Shown: positions 1-9,192 of the stretch, in pieces
Position numbering within the stretch: the stretch's first letter is position 1
Layout of the letters: every line of letters begins with the position of its first letter
Assembly (NCBI GenBank): GCA_903827265.1
Contig: CAIKHN010000009.1
Location: 151-64,150 of the forward strand
From: Candidatus Uhrbacteria bacterium
Lineage (GTDB): Bacteria > Patescibacteriota > Patescibacteriia > UBA9934
Direction: 5' to 3'
Length of the DNA: 64,000 bases
Notes under the pieces: generated by a model
The model's database searches: none
Seen by the model: the letters and a program-made list of their open reading frames with translations, nothing else
What the model was told of the DNA's origin: nothing
Program-made: the position numbers and the translations under genes

Positions 1-9
1 CTATTTGAT

Positions 10-231
10 TTGGGTCTTAATAAAACAGCCTTTTTAATAACAGCAAATGAAAATATTCTACTGATGTTCGATTTTGCAAATCGTTATCTTGGTTTCTGTA
101 TTAAAACACCGAAAGAAAACTATAACGTATTTGATTTATCAAATACGTGGATCGGTTATCTTGTTTCAAACAAAAAAGACGGTTTCAATTATTTTGACGT
201 GAATGGACGCTGGATAGGATTCATTGTCTAA
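10..231 (+). CDS. Hypothetical protein, probably the 3' end of a gene starting before the window; AT-rich
   Basis: ORF at window edge with repeated WIG(Y/F) motifs; visibly more AT-rich than the rest of the window. Confidence 0.5.
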   Translation: MGLNKTAFLITANENILLMFDFANRYLGFCIKTPKENYNVFDLSNTWIGYLVSNKKDGFNYFDVNGRWIGFIV

Positions 232-233
232 AA

Positions 234-779
234 CTAGGCGAGTTTAATGGTTCTATCAGACAAAGTCATTTGTGAATTGAGATGTCCTAATAGCTCCCGT
301 TTTTCTTCCTTTGTGCCTTCCTTCAGAATATATTTCGCACAGGCATAAACGTCGATGTCCGGCATAATTTCTGCAACTTTTGCTGTCGCGAGATGACCGC
401 CGAGGCTCGAGATCATTTTTGTGAGACGATCAATTTCCTGTTTGATCCGTTCAACCGCCGCGAGTTCGTTGATGTCGACTTTGTCGATGATTTTGTAGAG
501 CTGGTCTAGCAATTCTTCTTCGCGGATATATGGTTGTTTGCATCCTGTCATCCAACGTTTCATGCACCCATAGTATACGTAGCGTTTTGTTGTTCCGTCC
601 TTGAGCCGTTTCACTTTTTGATCGGCACTGATGCCTGAACTACAAGCTCCACATTTGAAGATTTTCGTGAAGCCGAACAGAGCACTGACGACCGCCTTGA
701 GGGCGTCATAGAACGGATATACCACGTGCCGGTACCGAACGAGAACGATGTCGTAACCGCCAATTTCCGTGTTGTCCAT
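234..779 (-). pseudogene. C-terminal part (zinc-ribbon region) of a large serine recombinase fused to an unrelated ~34-aa N-terminus
   Basis: FGFTKIFKCGACSSGISA...YVYYGC...CKQPYIREEEL matches the recombinase Zn-ribbon; no catalytic resolvase domain; GGAGG before ATG 779. Confidence 0.75.
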
Positions 780-857
780 TTGGCCTCCGGCGCGAAATAT
801 AGCGAAATTTCAATCGAAACACAAGATTTGTATGGTCGCTTTTCAATAAAACGCAGT

Positions 858-885
858 GAAGGCCGCCCGGTGAGGGGCGGCCTTC
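858..885 (-). terminator. GC-rich hairpin, likely terminator of the MopE-repeat gene
   Basis: gaaggccgccc-ggtgag-gggcggccttc. Confidence 0.5.
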
Positions 886-904
886 GTTCGTCTGTCGTTC
901 GTTC

Positions 905-2158
905 TTACGGAATGCTGACCTCGTCGATGCTACCGTCGCAGTCGTTGTCGAGAGCGTCGCAGATCTCGACCGCGCCCTGGTAGACGTTGGGGTTCGCATC
1001 GTTGCAGTCGTCGTCGGTGGGGGCGACGTTCGAGATCCCGAGGAGCACGTAGACTCCGTACTCGCACATGTCTTCCACGACGAGGCTGACGCCTCCGTTC
1101 ATGTCGCCGTCCATGTCGGCATACCAGGACGACGTGCCCACGACGCCCTCAGGATCTTCGTCGTCGACGTAGCCGTCGCAGTCGTTGTCGCTCCAGTCGC
1201 ACACTTCCTCGGCGCCCGGGTGAACCTGGGCCGAGAGCGGGTCTCCCGGAAAGTCGTAGCAATCCGACCCGTCCTCGACGTAGGTCGCGTCGACGCTGAC
1301 CGGTGCTTCGCACGCCGCTACGGCGGGGAAGAAGTATCCGTTCGGGTCGCCGTACCCGTCGCCGTCGTTGTCCGGGTACCACGTGAGGGCGTCCACCGCG
1401 TTGTTGTCCGCGACGCCGTCGCAGTTCTGGTCCATGCCGTCGCAGATCTCGTCCGTGTTGGGGGACACGGTCGGATCGTTGTCGTCGCAGTCGGCGTGAT
1501 CGGCGTTGGAGTACGCCGGACGCTCGTCCGGGCAGGCCATGACGGGGGTGATGTCCTCGGAGGCCGTGGAGCTTCCGTCGCCGTCCACATCCGGGTACCA
1601 GGCCCACATGTCGACGGCTCCCGCTTCCGGGTCGCCGTCGCAGTTCTGGTCGATGCTCACGTTGTGGAGATCGCAGTGCTCCGGGGCACCCGGGTGCACG
1701 TCGACATCGGCGTCGTCACAGTCGTCGGCGTTCGGGACGTAGCCCTTGATGTGCTCACACACCAGCACGGTGAACGCGGGGTCGCCGTAGCCGTCGCCGT
1801 CACCGTCGAAGGACTGGCCGGTGACGGGGTTGTCGTCCACCGTTCCGTTGCAGTCGTTGTCGAGGCCGTCGCAGAGCTCCGGGGCGTCCTGGTAGACGCT
1901 CGGGTCGCTGTCGACGCAGTCCTTGTGGTTCTTCACTTGGCCCTCGGCCAAGACGCAGGTTTCCACGAGGGTGTTGATGTCGCCGTACCCGTCGCCGTCC
2001 ACGTCGCTGTAGGCCTTGAAGGCCGTGCAGGACGCGGTGTCGATCGCCGAGTCGACCGTGTCGTCGATCGCGAGCGCGGTGTCGATGGACTCGGACGAGT
2101 CGGTGGTGGCGGCGGGGGAGGAGCAGGCCAAGAAGGCCAGAATGAGCATGGAGACCAT
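905..2158 (-). CDS. Secreted/lipoprotein with repeated putative metal-binding (MopE-related) motifs
   Basis: Repeated DxDGDGYG, DCDD and ExCDGxDNDCDG units; hydrophobic N-terminus LILAFLAC; markedly GC-rich. Confidence 0.85.
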   Translation of the reverse strand: MVSMLILAFLACSSPAATTDSSESIDTALAIDDTVDSAIDTASCTAFKAYSDVDGDGYGDINTLVETCVLAEGQVKNHKDCVDSDPSVYQDAPELCDGLDNDCNGTVDDNPVTGQSFDGDGDGYGDPAFTVLVCEHIKGYVPNADDCDDADVDVHPGAPEHCDLHNVSIDQNCDGDPEAGAVDMWAWYPDVDGDGSSTASEDITPVMACPDERPAYSNADHADCDDNDPTVSPNTDEICDGMDQNCDGVADNNAVDALTWYPDNDGDGYGDPNGYFFPAVAACEAPVSVDATYVEDGSDCYDFPGDPLSAQVHPGAEEVCDWSDNDCDGYVDDEDPEGVVGTSSWYADMDGDMNGGVSLVVEDMCEYGVYVLLGISNVAPTDDDCNDANPNVYQGAVEICDALDNDCDGSIDEVSIP

Positions 2159-2353
2159 GGAGCACCAGGGGCAGGAGGTTTTGGGTACCCAACATTGGGC
2201 GGCAAGACCATACCAAAAAAACGGCGAATTGTCAACCATTATTGGCTAACATTCGCCATTTCTAATGGTAGCCTCATTAACTGTCTCAGTGAGACCGAGT
2301 CTTTAAAAAGACTTACACGATGCATGACTGGCGTATATTTTTCCAACAAACTT

Positions 2354-3175
2354 ATGAACTCTTTTCAGATAACTCCATACAAAACCTTCGGCGATGTTGA
2401 AACCTCGGCGATTCGTTATATTTCTAATGGACATTGGGTTCATGGATTTTTAGCGATGCCGAAAGGAGAAGCGGGACCGTTGCCGTGTATCATTTTTAAT
2501 CGTGGCGGATCCTTTGATTTTGGCGTGATCGACGATGTCACCCTTGAAAAACGTATTTCGCTTATTGCTTCATGGGGCTACGTCGTTATCGCCTCGCAAT
2601 ATTCGGGTAATGGAGGGAGCGAGGGGCAAGATGAGCTTGGAGGAGCTGATGTTGAGGACGTCGTGCGTCTTAAAGAATACATAAAAGATATTCCGCAAGC
2701 AGACGTATCACGCATCGGTATGATCGGCGGATCACGTGGCGGTCAAATGACATACCAGTCTCTTGCTCGTGTTGACTGGTTAAAGGCAGCAGTCAGTATT
2801 GCGGGATTAGCAGATTTGAACCGGCAGATTGTTTTACGACCAGAGATGATCAAAGTATTCGAGCAAGGATTTGACAATACCGCTGAAGGGAGAAAAGAGC
2901 GTAGCGCGATTGCATTTGCCGACCGACTTTGCAAAACAACGCCATTGCTCATGCTCCATGGCACGGCCGACTGGAGAGTAAGCCCTAAGGATTCATTGGA
3001 GTTATCGGTGAGGCTCCTTGAGGCACGTGTGCCACATCGATTGGTGATGTTTGAAGGTGGGGATCACGGACTTGCTGAGCATCGTAAAGAAGAATGGGAG
3101 ATGATCCGTATTTGGTTTAAGCGATTCGTGAAAGACGGAGAAGTGTTGCCTGATTTAGAGCCGCATGGAGTATAG
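2354..3175 (+). CDS. S9/prolyl oligopeptidase-family alpha/beta hydrolase
   Basis: GGSRGG nucleophile elbow, LMLHGTADWRV, FEGGDH; start set at ATG 2354. Confidence 0.85.
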   Translation: MNSFQITPYKTFGDVETSAIRYISNGHWVHGFLAMPKGEAGPLPCIIFNRGGSFDFGVIDDVTLEKRISLIASWGYVVIASQYSGNGGSEGQDELGGADVEDVVRLKEYIKDIPQADVSRIGMIGGSRGGQMTYQSLARVDWLKAAVSIAGLADLNRQIVLRPEMIKVFEQGFDNTAEGRKERSAIAFADRLCKTTPLLMLHGTADWRVSPKDSLELSVRLLEARVPHRLVMFEGGDHGLAEHRKEEWEMIRIWFKRFVKDGEVLPDLEPHGV

Positions 3176-3220
3176 GTAAAGGGAGTAGATGGCAGGTTAG
3201 TGGGGCAGTCGGGAAAGATA

Positions 3221-3251
3221 CAACAAAACCGGCCTTGCGCCGGTTTTGTTG
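3221..3251. terminator. Bidirectional intrinsic terminator
   Basis: caacaaaaccggc-cttgc-gccggttttgttg between convergent genes. Confidence 0.75.
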
Positions 3252-3273
3252 TGCTCGATATCTGTGATGATTC

Positions 3274-4674
3274 TTACAGCACGTCGTCGATGTCGTTTAC
3301 TGAGTAGTATGCGTCATCACGGTCGTAGTCACGGACGTTATCGATTTCGGTGCCAATCGTGTAGTTGCTGTAAAGGGCATCAGGAACCTTTGCGAGAACG
3401 TTCGTCCAATTGCTGCCGTAGTCGGATTTGAGAAGGGAAAGTGTGGTGTAGTGATGAAGAGTGTGGTCGGCGCTAATGGCGTATACCTTTGAGGAGCTGT
3501 CGAATTTTACGACGACACTTCCTGGACGATACGTCACATTCTTGCCGATGGTGAGTGATGACATGAAGTCTTGGCTGACGTTCACAACGTCATTAAAGTT
3601 GGAATACCAGGTGTAGAAAACACTTTCATTCGGGAACACGTGGCGCTTGCCGTCGTTGCCGTAGTAGTACACGGCCTTACATGTTTGTGATGTGTTTGCA
3701 TACACGCCGCACGCAATCTTGATGAGCGATCCGCGGTTTGCATTGTTGGATGTATGCGATTGGTTGCTCACGGTAACGGTGCGTGATGTGCCGCGTGTCC
3801 AGTTGCCATTCTCATCTTCACAATATGCGTACACCGTGTAGCTGCCGTCGTTGCTGAACGAGTAATTTTTTGTGAATCGGTTTGATGACGACTCAGTCAT
3901 CGATCCGACAGACGATCCGCTGACGTACAGTTTGCAAGTGACTGCATCGAGTGTGCCGTATGGTGTCACGCTGAAGGTAGTTGATTCGTCCTCCGTTGCG
4001 GTTGAAGGCGTTACTGATGGCACGGTGAATGTTCCAGAAGTGTCTGGGTCTTCTTGATTCACAACGCCTACTGTACGCGATGTTCCGGTGGTGTAATTGC
4101 CATCGCCGTCGGCACAGCGTGCGTGCACCGTGTAGCTGCCGTCGTTCGAGAATGTGTAGGACTTGTTAAATGTTGATCCGCTCTTCGTCATCGATCCGAC
4201 GGAGGATCCGCTGACGTACAAGTCGCAAAACGAAGTTGCGGATTCGCCAGAAGGCGTGACGCTGAAGGTTGTTGATGTGTCTTCAATGGCGGATGATGGC
4301 GAAACGGCTGGAACCGTCGGGCCAATGGTGTCGATTTCAAAAGTGACGGATGTTGATGTGCTTGTTGCATTCGTGCCTTGTGCGCGAACAAACAGCGTGT
4401 GCCAGCCGTCAGCAAGTGACCAAGTGGTATATGAGGTGACGTTTCCAAGGTTCAACCAATCGCCGTCATCGACGAGGACTTGATACCACGTTGCGTTTGC
4501 AGGACGTGTCCACGTTGCAGTCGGAGTGGTGTCGTTGGTGTAAATACCGCCAACAAGACTGAGGTTTGTTGGCGCTGCGAGCGTTGCAGCAAGCAATGAT
4601 TGTGGGAGGATCCCAAGGAACAGTGCGGAAAGCGTTGCAATTCCGAGTGCCTTTCGGAGGGAGAGGTTTGTCAT
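3274..4674 (-). CDS. Secreted surface protein with Ig-like repeats and a CPR-type C-terminal domain
   Basis: Signal peptide; Ser/Thr-rich; duplicated VPxVxPSxAxED..TFSVTP..C.LYVSGSSVGSMT domain; VYYYGNDGKRHVFPNESVFYTWY motif. Confidence 0.8.
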   Translation of the reverse strand: MTNLSLRKALGIATLSALFLGILPQSLLAATLAAPTNLSLVGGIYTNDTTPTATWTRPANATWYQVLVDDGDWLNLGNVTSYTTWSLADGWHTLFVRAQGTNATSTSTSVTFEIDTIGPTVPAVSPSSAIEDTSTTFSVTPSGESATSFCDLYVSGSSVGSMTKSGSTFNKSYTFSNDGSYTVHARCADGDGNYTTGTSRTVGVVNQEDPDTSGTFTVPSVTPSTATEDESTTFSVTPYGTLDAVTCKLYVSGSSVGSMTESSSNRFTKNYSFSNDGSYTVYAYCEDENGNWTRGTSRTVTVSNQSHTSNNANRGSLIKIACGVYANTSQTCKAVYYYGNDGKRHVFPNESVFYTWYSNFNDVVNVSQDFMSSLTIGKNVTYRPGSVVVKFDSSSKVYAISADHTLHHYTTLSLLKSDYGSNWTNVLAKVPDALYSNYTIGTEIDNVRDYDRDDAYYSVNDIDDVL

Positions 4675-4758
4675 ATACCACCATTGCATGCTTGTTTGGT
4701 GTGGTTGTCAATGCGAAAAAATGTGGATTGATTTTCCGCAAGCTGATACGATTGTTTT

Positions 4759-5115
4759 ATGCCAAAACCTATTGAACACACACCACAGGAACGGACGCAG
4801 ATGATCATCGCTGCCGTTTTGGAATGCTTGAATGCATTTTCCGATTTTCGGGAAGAATATTCGGCGCAGAATGCGTCTGAGGTTGTTGCGATCCAAAAAT
4901 CGCTCGAACACATTGCGATGACCGTACTTTCTGACGCGACTATCGACGACAAGCCGCAGGTAATCGCGAAACGCATGCTGTCAGACTTGAGTCATCGCGG
5001 TGGAATTCGTCAGGGATTCTTTGATCCGATGGAATCAGAAGATCGCGGTAATTTAGTCCGTGACGTTGCGTTTGTTATTTACCGTGTTTTGCACAGCGGC
5101 AGTGTTTTCCAATGA
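4759..5115 (+). CDS. Hypothetical protein
   Basis: 118-aa ORF with ATG start filling the intergenic space. Confidence 0.55.
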   Translation: MPKPIEHTPQERTQMIIAAVLECLNAFSDFREEYSAQNASEVVAIQKSLEHIAMTVLSDATIDDKPQVIAKRMLSDLSHRGGIRQGFFDPMESEDRGNLVRDVAFVIYRVLHSGSVFQ

Positions 5116-5473
5116 AGTAGTTGAAGTAGTCTTTGCCGTAGTTGTACGAAAGTTCTTCGCCGGCGTTGATTGCGCGTTTTGAAAAGACGAGAACTTTTCG
5201 CCCTTTTACTTCTACTTCGCAATTTGGACGGCATGAATGGTTAATGTATCGCGCGATGTTTTTACGCGTGGTTCCGTTGATGGTTTTGCCGTGGCCAAGC
5301 TCGAAAAGATACTTGCCGCCGATGCGGTTCGCTTCATCGTCGGAAACGATATCGCCCCAATACTCAATGATGAACCGACGCTTAGGAATGGCGACATTGG
5401 TAAAAATGCCCAAACCAGCGGCGCTTTTGCGCGGTACAACGTCGAATGCGGTTTTGCGTGGCGTGTAGGCCAT
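5075..5473 (-). CDS. SET-domain protein-lysine methyltransferase
   Basis: GLGIF, ARYINHSCRPN, ELSYNYG, post-SET CRC. Confidence 0.92.
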   Translation of the reverse strand: MAYTPRKTAFDVVPRKSAAGLGIFTNVAIPKRRFIIEYWGDIVSDDEANRIGGKYLFELGHGKTINGTTRKNIARYINHSCRPNCEVEVKGRKVLVFSKRAINAGEELSYNYGKDYFNYFIGKHCRCAKHGK

Positions 5474-5569
5474 AGAAGAAAAATAACCGCGAAGCATAGC
5501 AGAAATTTGGAAAAAAGTACAGAGCGTTATGACCGGTCTTTGAAATAAAGGATACGAAAAGAATCAGAT

Positions 5570-5986
5570 ATGAAATATTGGCTTCTCAAAACCGAACCGA
5601 GTACATACTCCTGGGACGATCTTGTTCGCGATGGCGCCACGAGCTGGACAGGAGTTCGTAACTTCCAAGCGCGAAATAATTTGCGAGCGATGCAAGTTGG
5701 TGACGCGTTGTTCGTGTATCATTCAGTGAATGAACGATCGATCCGCGGTATTGCAACGGTTACGCGGTCTGCGTATTCAGATCCAACGGCCACAGATGGA
5801 GATTGGGTCGCGGTTGATGTTTTAGTAGATCATGCCGCAGACGTTCCGCTATCACTTGATGACATCAAAAGAATTCCGTCACTGAAGAACATGGTGCTTG
5901 TGAAGAACTCTCGACTTTCTGTGCAACCGGTTACCGACGCCGAATGGGATGAATGCTTTCAAAAAATGTATCCAAAATTCGGATAA
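5570..5986 (+). CDS. EVE domain protein
   Basis: YWLLKTEP, WTGVRNFQARN, RLSVQPV. Confidence 0.93.
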   Translation: MKYWLLKTEPSTYSWDDLVRDGATSWTGVRNFQARNNLRAMQVGDALFVYHSVNERSIRGIATVTRSAYSDPTATDGDWVAVDVLVDHAADVPLSLDDIKRIPSLKNMVLVKNSRLSVQPVTDAEWDECFQKMYPKFG

Positions 5987-5988
5987 TA

Positions 5989-6663
5989 CTATTCAACGTA
6001 TTCGTTCGTTTCTTCAGGCGGCAAAGTAAGATCGACATTGAACGATGGCGCGGTCCATGAATGCTCGCCAGTGATGCTCATGTCGCGAGCTGGCGCTCGA
6101 GTTGCTGCTTCAATCGCGCCCCAAACTTCGTTGCGATTGCGCCCAGAGGTAATGGAATGTTCAATGCGACGAACACCAGGATATTTTTCTTCGAGTGTAC
6201 GATGCAGTTTTGCGGCGTCCGATGCTGAAAGTTTATCCATTTTGTTTGTGATAATCACGAACGGAATTCCGTTACTCTGCAACCATGCGGCCATGTCAGC
6301 ATCAAGTTCTGTTGGAGGAATGCGTGCATCGATAATGAGAAGTACAAGACGAAGCTGTGGGGTTTGCAAAAGATATTCGTGAATCATTTCCGCAAACATG
6401 ACTCGCTTTTCCTTTGACGTTTGTGCGTAGCCGTAGCCTGGAAGATCAACAAGAAAAAAACGATGTTCAATATCGTAAAGGTTGATGGTTTGCGTGCGTC
6501 CAGGATCGGCACTGACTCGCGCAAGTTTCTTTTGACCGGTGAGATGATTAATCATCGACGATTTTCCGACGTTGGAACGCCCAACCATAGCGATGTGCGG
6601 TTTTGCATCGATAGGGAGATCAGAGAGCGACGTTGTCGCAGTAAAGAAAGACGCGGAAATCAT
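5989..6663 (-). CDS. engB: Ribosome biogenesis GTPase YihA/EngB
   Basis: GRSNVGKSS, DLPGYGYA, NKMD. Confidence 0.93.
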   Translation of the reverse strand: MISASFFTATTSLSDLPIDAKPHIAMVGRSNVGKSSMINHLTGQKKLARVSADPGRTQTINLYDIEHRFFLVDLPGYGYAQTSKEKRVMFAEMIHEYLLQTPQLRLVLLIIDARIPPTELDADMAAWLQSNGIPFVIITNKMDKLSASDAAKLHRTLEEKYPGVRRIEHSITSGRNRNEVWGAIEAATRAPARDMSITGEHSWTAPSFNVDLTLPPEETNEYVE

Positions 6664-6781
6664 ATGAGGAGTGAGTGTAGCACGTCTGAGGCAGACTGCA
6701 TATGATTGTGCTATTACCCATTGTGGCGCATGGTGAAGGAAAGATCGTCTACGCGGAATCTTGTGCGGTAACTTTTTCCGT

Positions 6782-6931
6782 ATGTTGTGGACTATCGCGG
6801 TCGTGCTCCTTGTTCTTTGGTTCCTCGGACTGGTGACGTCGTACACTATGGGCGGGTTTATTCACATTCTGTTCGTTCTTGCGATCATTGTCGTGTTGAT
6901 TCGTGTCATTCGAGGAGAGAAAGTGATCTGA
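6782..6931 (+). CDS. lmo0937-family small membrane protein (not in the ORF track)
   Basis: Translated by hand: MLWTIAVVLLVLWFLGLVTSYTMGGFIHILFVLAIIVVLIRVIRGEKVI*. Confidence 0.88.
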   Translation: MLWTIAVVLLVLWFLGLVTSYTMGGFIHILFVLAIIVVLIRVIRGEKVI

Positions 6932-6972
6932 TGTGAAGAAATGGTACGATGTGGTCATGATCATTTTGGATT

Positions 6973-7452
6973 ATGACCAATCGTCCATGGCTTGAGTTCG
7001 GAATTTTTATCGCCATCGCGGAAAGCGCTGGCCTTCTTGGATCGGTGTTCACTTTCTCTGCAATCCCAACGTGGTACGCGACACTTGTGCGGCCGGCGAT
7101 CGCTCCGCCGAGTTGGGTGTTTGGACCGGTGTGGACCACGCTTTTCGCAATGATGGGTATTGCTGCGTGTCTGGTGTGGCAGCAGCGAAAACGTCGGAAA
7201 GATGTTCGGCGTGCACTCTTTCTTTTTGGTCTTCAACTTGTGCTGAACGTGTTGTGGTCAGTGCTGTTCTTTGGAATGCAAAATCTTGGTCTAGCGTTTG
7301 GAGAAATTTTTCTTCTTTGGATTGCGATCGCTACAACCATTGTCGCATTCGGGAGAATTTCCCGATCAGCCGCGTGGCTTATGGTGCCGTATCTGCTTTG
7401 GGTGAGTTTTGCGACGGTACTGAACTACGCGTTTTGGATTGCGAATGCATAG
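6973..7452 (+). CDS. tspO: TspO/MBR tryptophan-rich sensory protein
   Basis: WYATLVRP, PPSWVFGPVWT, PYLLWVSFA. Confidence 0.93.
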   Translation: MTNRPWLEFGIFIAIAESAGLLGSVFTFSAIPTWYATLVRPAIAPPSWVFGPVWTTLFAMMGIAACLVWQQRKRRKDVRRALFLFGLQLVLNVLWSVLFFGMQNLGLAFGEIFLLWIAIATTIVAFGRISRSAAWLMVPYLLWVSFATVLNYAFWIANA

Positions 7453-7455
7453 CGT

Positions 7456-7977
7456 ATGCCAAGAACGCGGAGTACAACCATTGTCGTGAATGACTCTTTT
7501 CAAAGAGGATATCGGTACGTGCTCACAGAACCGTCTGGCAGAAATTTCGATTCACGATTTTCGCCGGAACTTACACCAAAACAGATGCTCGCGCTTGGCG
7601 TATTCGACGGAAAGTACATGACGGATTGTCGGAAAGAGTTTCCAAAAAGCTGGTTTGCGCGCGCAAAGCTTTCGCCAAAACGACCAGATCCATCAATAAA
7701 TTATTTTGGGTGTCATGCAAGTCAATCGCTGCGAACATGGCAGCGCAACGGATGGATTCGTGCGGCGTTTGATCCTCGCGGTTGGTTTCAATGGTACTGC
7801 AGGTATTACATGGGACGACGTTTGCCTGGTGAGGACGATCGGCAGATTCGCCGTTGGCGAGCAATCGCACGACATGTCGGTGCTGTTCGCAAGCATTGCG
7901 CAAAAGGCGATGCAACTTGTCGACCGCGTCAACGGCAGGCGCTCCTGCACTGGGCGTATGATAGTCGTAATATATAG
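7456..7977 (+). CDS. Conserved hypothetical protein
   Basis: PELTPKQMLALGVFDGKY, DPRGWFQWYCRYYMGRR, RQRQALLHWAYD motifs; operonic spacing. Confidence 0.8.
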   Translation: MPRTRSTTIVVNDSFQRGYRYVLTEPSGRNFDSRFSPELTPKQMLALGVFDGKYMTDCRKEFPKSWFARAKLSPKRPDPSINYFGCHASQSLRTWQRNGWIRAAFDPRGWFQWYCRYYMGRRLPGEDDRQIRRWRAIARHVGAVRKHCAKGDATCRPRQRQALLHWAYDSRNI

Positions 7978-7984
7978 TGTGTTT

Positions 7985-8389
7985 ATGCCTACATCTCTTT
8001 CATTGTTCGCGATTGCGTTCTCGACGTTTCTCGCACTCGATCTCACCTGGATTGGATTCGTTGCGCGTGGATTTTACAAAAGTCAGATTGGGTACCTCAT
8101 GACGTCGAACGTAAACTGGATTGCGGCGATTGCGTTTTACGTTCTTTTTATCGTTGGGCTCTTGGTATTCGTTATTGGTCCGGCTTTTCAATCACACTCC
8201 TGGATTCAGGCATTGTTGTACGGCGCGTTCTTCGGTTTGGTGACGTACGCAACGTATGATTTAACCAATCTTGCAACCACAAAAGATTGGCCATTGCTTC
8301 TCACTGTTGTTGATCTGACGTGGGGCACCGTGCTCGCTGCATCAGTTTCGGCACTTACAGTACTGATTGCGAATGCATTAAAGGTGTAA
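7985..8389 (+). CDS. DUF2177 family membrane protein
   Basis: YATYDLTNLAT..WP....VDLTWG. Confidence 0.88.
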   Translation: MPTSLSLFAIAFSTFLALDLTWIGFVARGFYKSQIGYLMTSNVNWIAAIAFYVLFIVGLLVFVIGPAFQSHSWIQALLYGAFFGLVTYATYDLTNLATTKDWPLLLTVVDLTWGTVLAASVSALTVLIANALKV

Positions 8390-8390
8390 T

Positions 8391-9152
8391 ATGTTTGGAT
8401 TTCTTGCGTTTCTCGTGTGGGCGTACATGACGGTGTGGTTTGGTGTCGCAGCACTTCGAAAACGAAATGATCTCGCTGACGTCGCGTGGGGAATTGGATT
8501 CGTTGTCCTTGCTTGGGCGTCGTGGATCGTTGGTACAGGAAGTATTCTTGCCGCCATGGTGAATACGCTTGTGACCGTGTGGGGCACACGACTCGCATGG
8601 CATATTTACCGGCGTCATCGAGGGCGGCCTGAGGATTTTCGTTATGCAGCATGGCGCGTTCAGTGGGGAGCGTGGGTTCTTCCACGGTCATATGCGCAAA
8701 TTTTTCTTTTACAAGGCGCGCTCATGTATGGCGTAGCGCTTCCTGTACTTGCGGTGAACCTCTTTCCATTGACGACGTCACCATTCGTTACTGTGGTGGG
8801 ATTTGCCGTGTGGTGTATCGGCTTTGCGTTTGAGTCTATTGGTGATGCACAGCTCGCGCGCTTCATTGCCGACCCGGCGCAAAAAGGAAAGCTGTTGATG
8901 TCTGGATTGTGGAAGTACACGCGTCATCCGAATTATTTTGGTGAAGTAACACAGTGGTGGGGAATATGGTGCGTGGTTGTTGCAAGTACAGGTGCCTGGT
9001 GGACGGTTATTGGCCCATTGATAATTACGGGGTTGATTTTGTGGGTCTCTGGAATTCCAATGCTCGAGGCGAAAATGAAACTTCATCCAGACTTTGCGGC
9101 GTACGCGAAAAGAACAAACCGATTTTTCCCGATGATTCCACGTCGGTCGTAA
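8391..9152 (+). CDS. DUF1295 family (steroid 5-alpha reductase-like) membrane protein
   Basis: WGTRL, EDFRY, GLWKYTRHPNYFGE. Confidence 0.9.
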   Translation: MFGFLAFLVWAYMTVWFGVAALRKRNDLADVAWGIGFVVLAWASWIVGTGSILAAMVNTLVTVWGTRLAWHIYRRHRGRPEDFRYAAWRVQWGAWVLPRSYAQIFLLQGALMYGVALPVLAVNLFPLTTSPFVTVVGFAVWCIGFAFESIGDAQLARFIADPAQKGKLLMSGLWKYTRHPNYFGEVTQWWGIWCVVVASTGAWWTVIGPLIITGLILWVSGIPMLEAKMKLHPDFAAYAKRTNRFFPMIPRRS

Positions 9153-9192
9153 CGCCGTTCGAAGGTGATCGTCATGCTATGATCGTGTACGT

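Noticed and set aside
1220-2353. Long N-terminal extension of the 651-aa plus-strand ORF
   Set aside because: Antisense shadow of the GC-rich MopE-repeat gene; the hydrolase plausibly starts at 2354.
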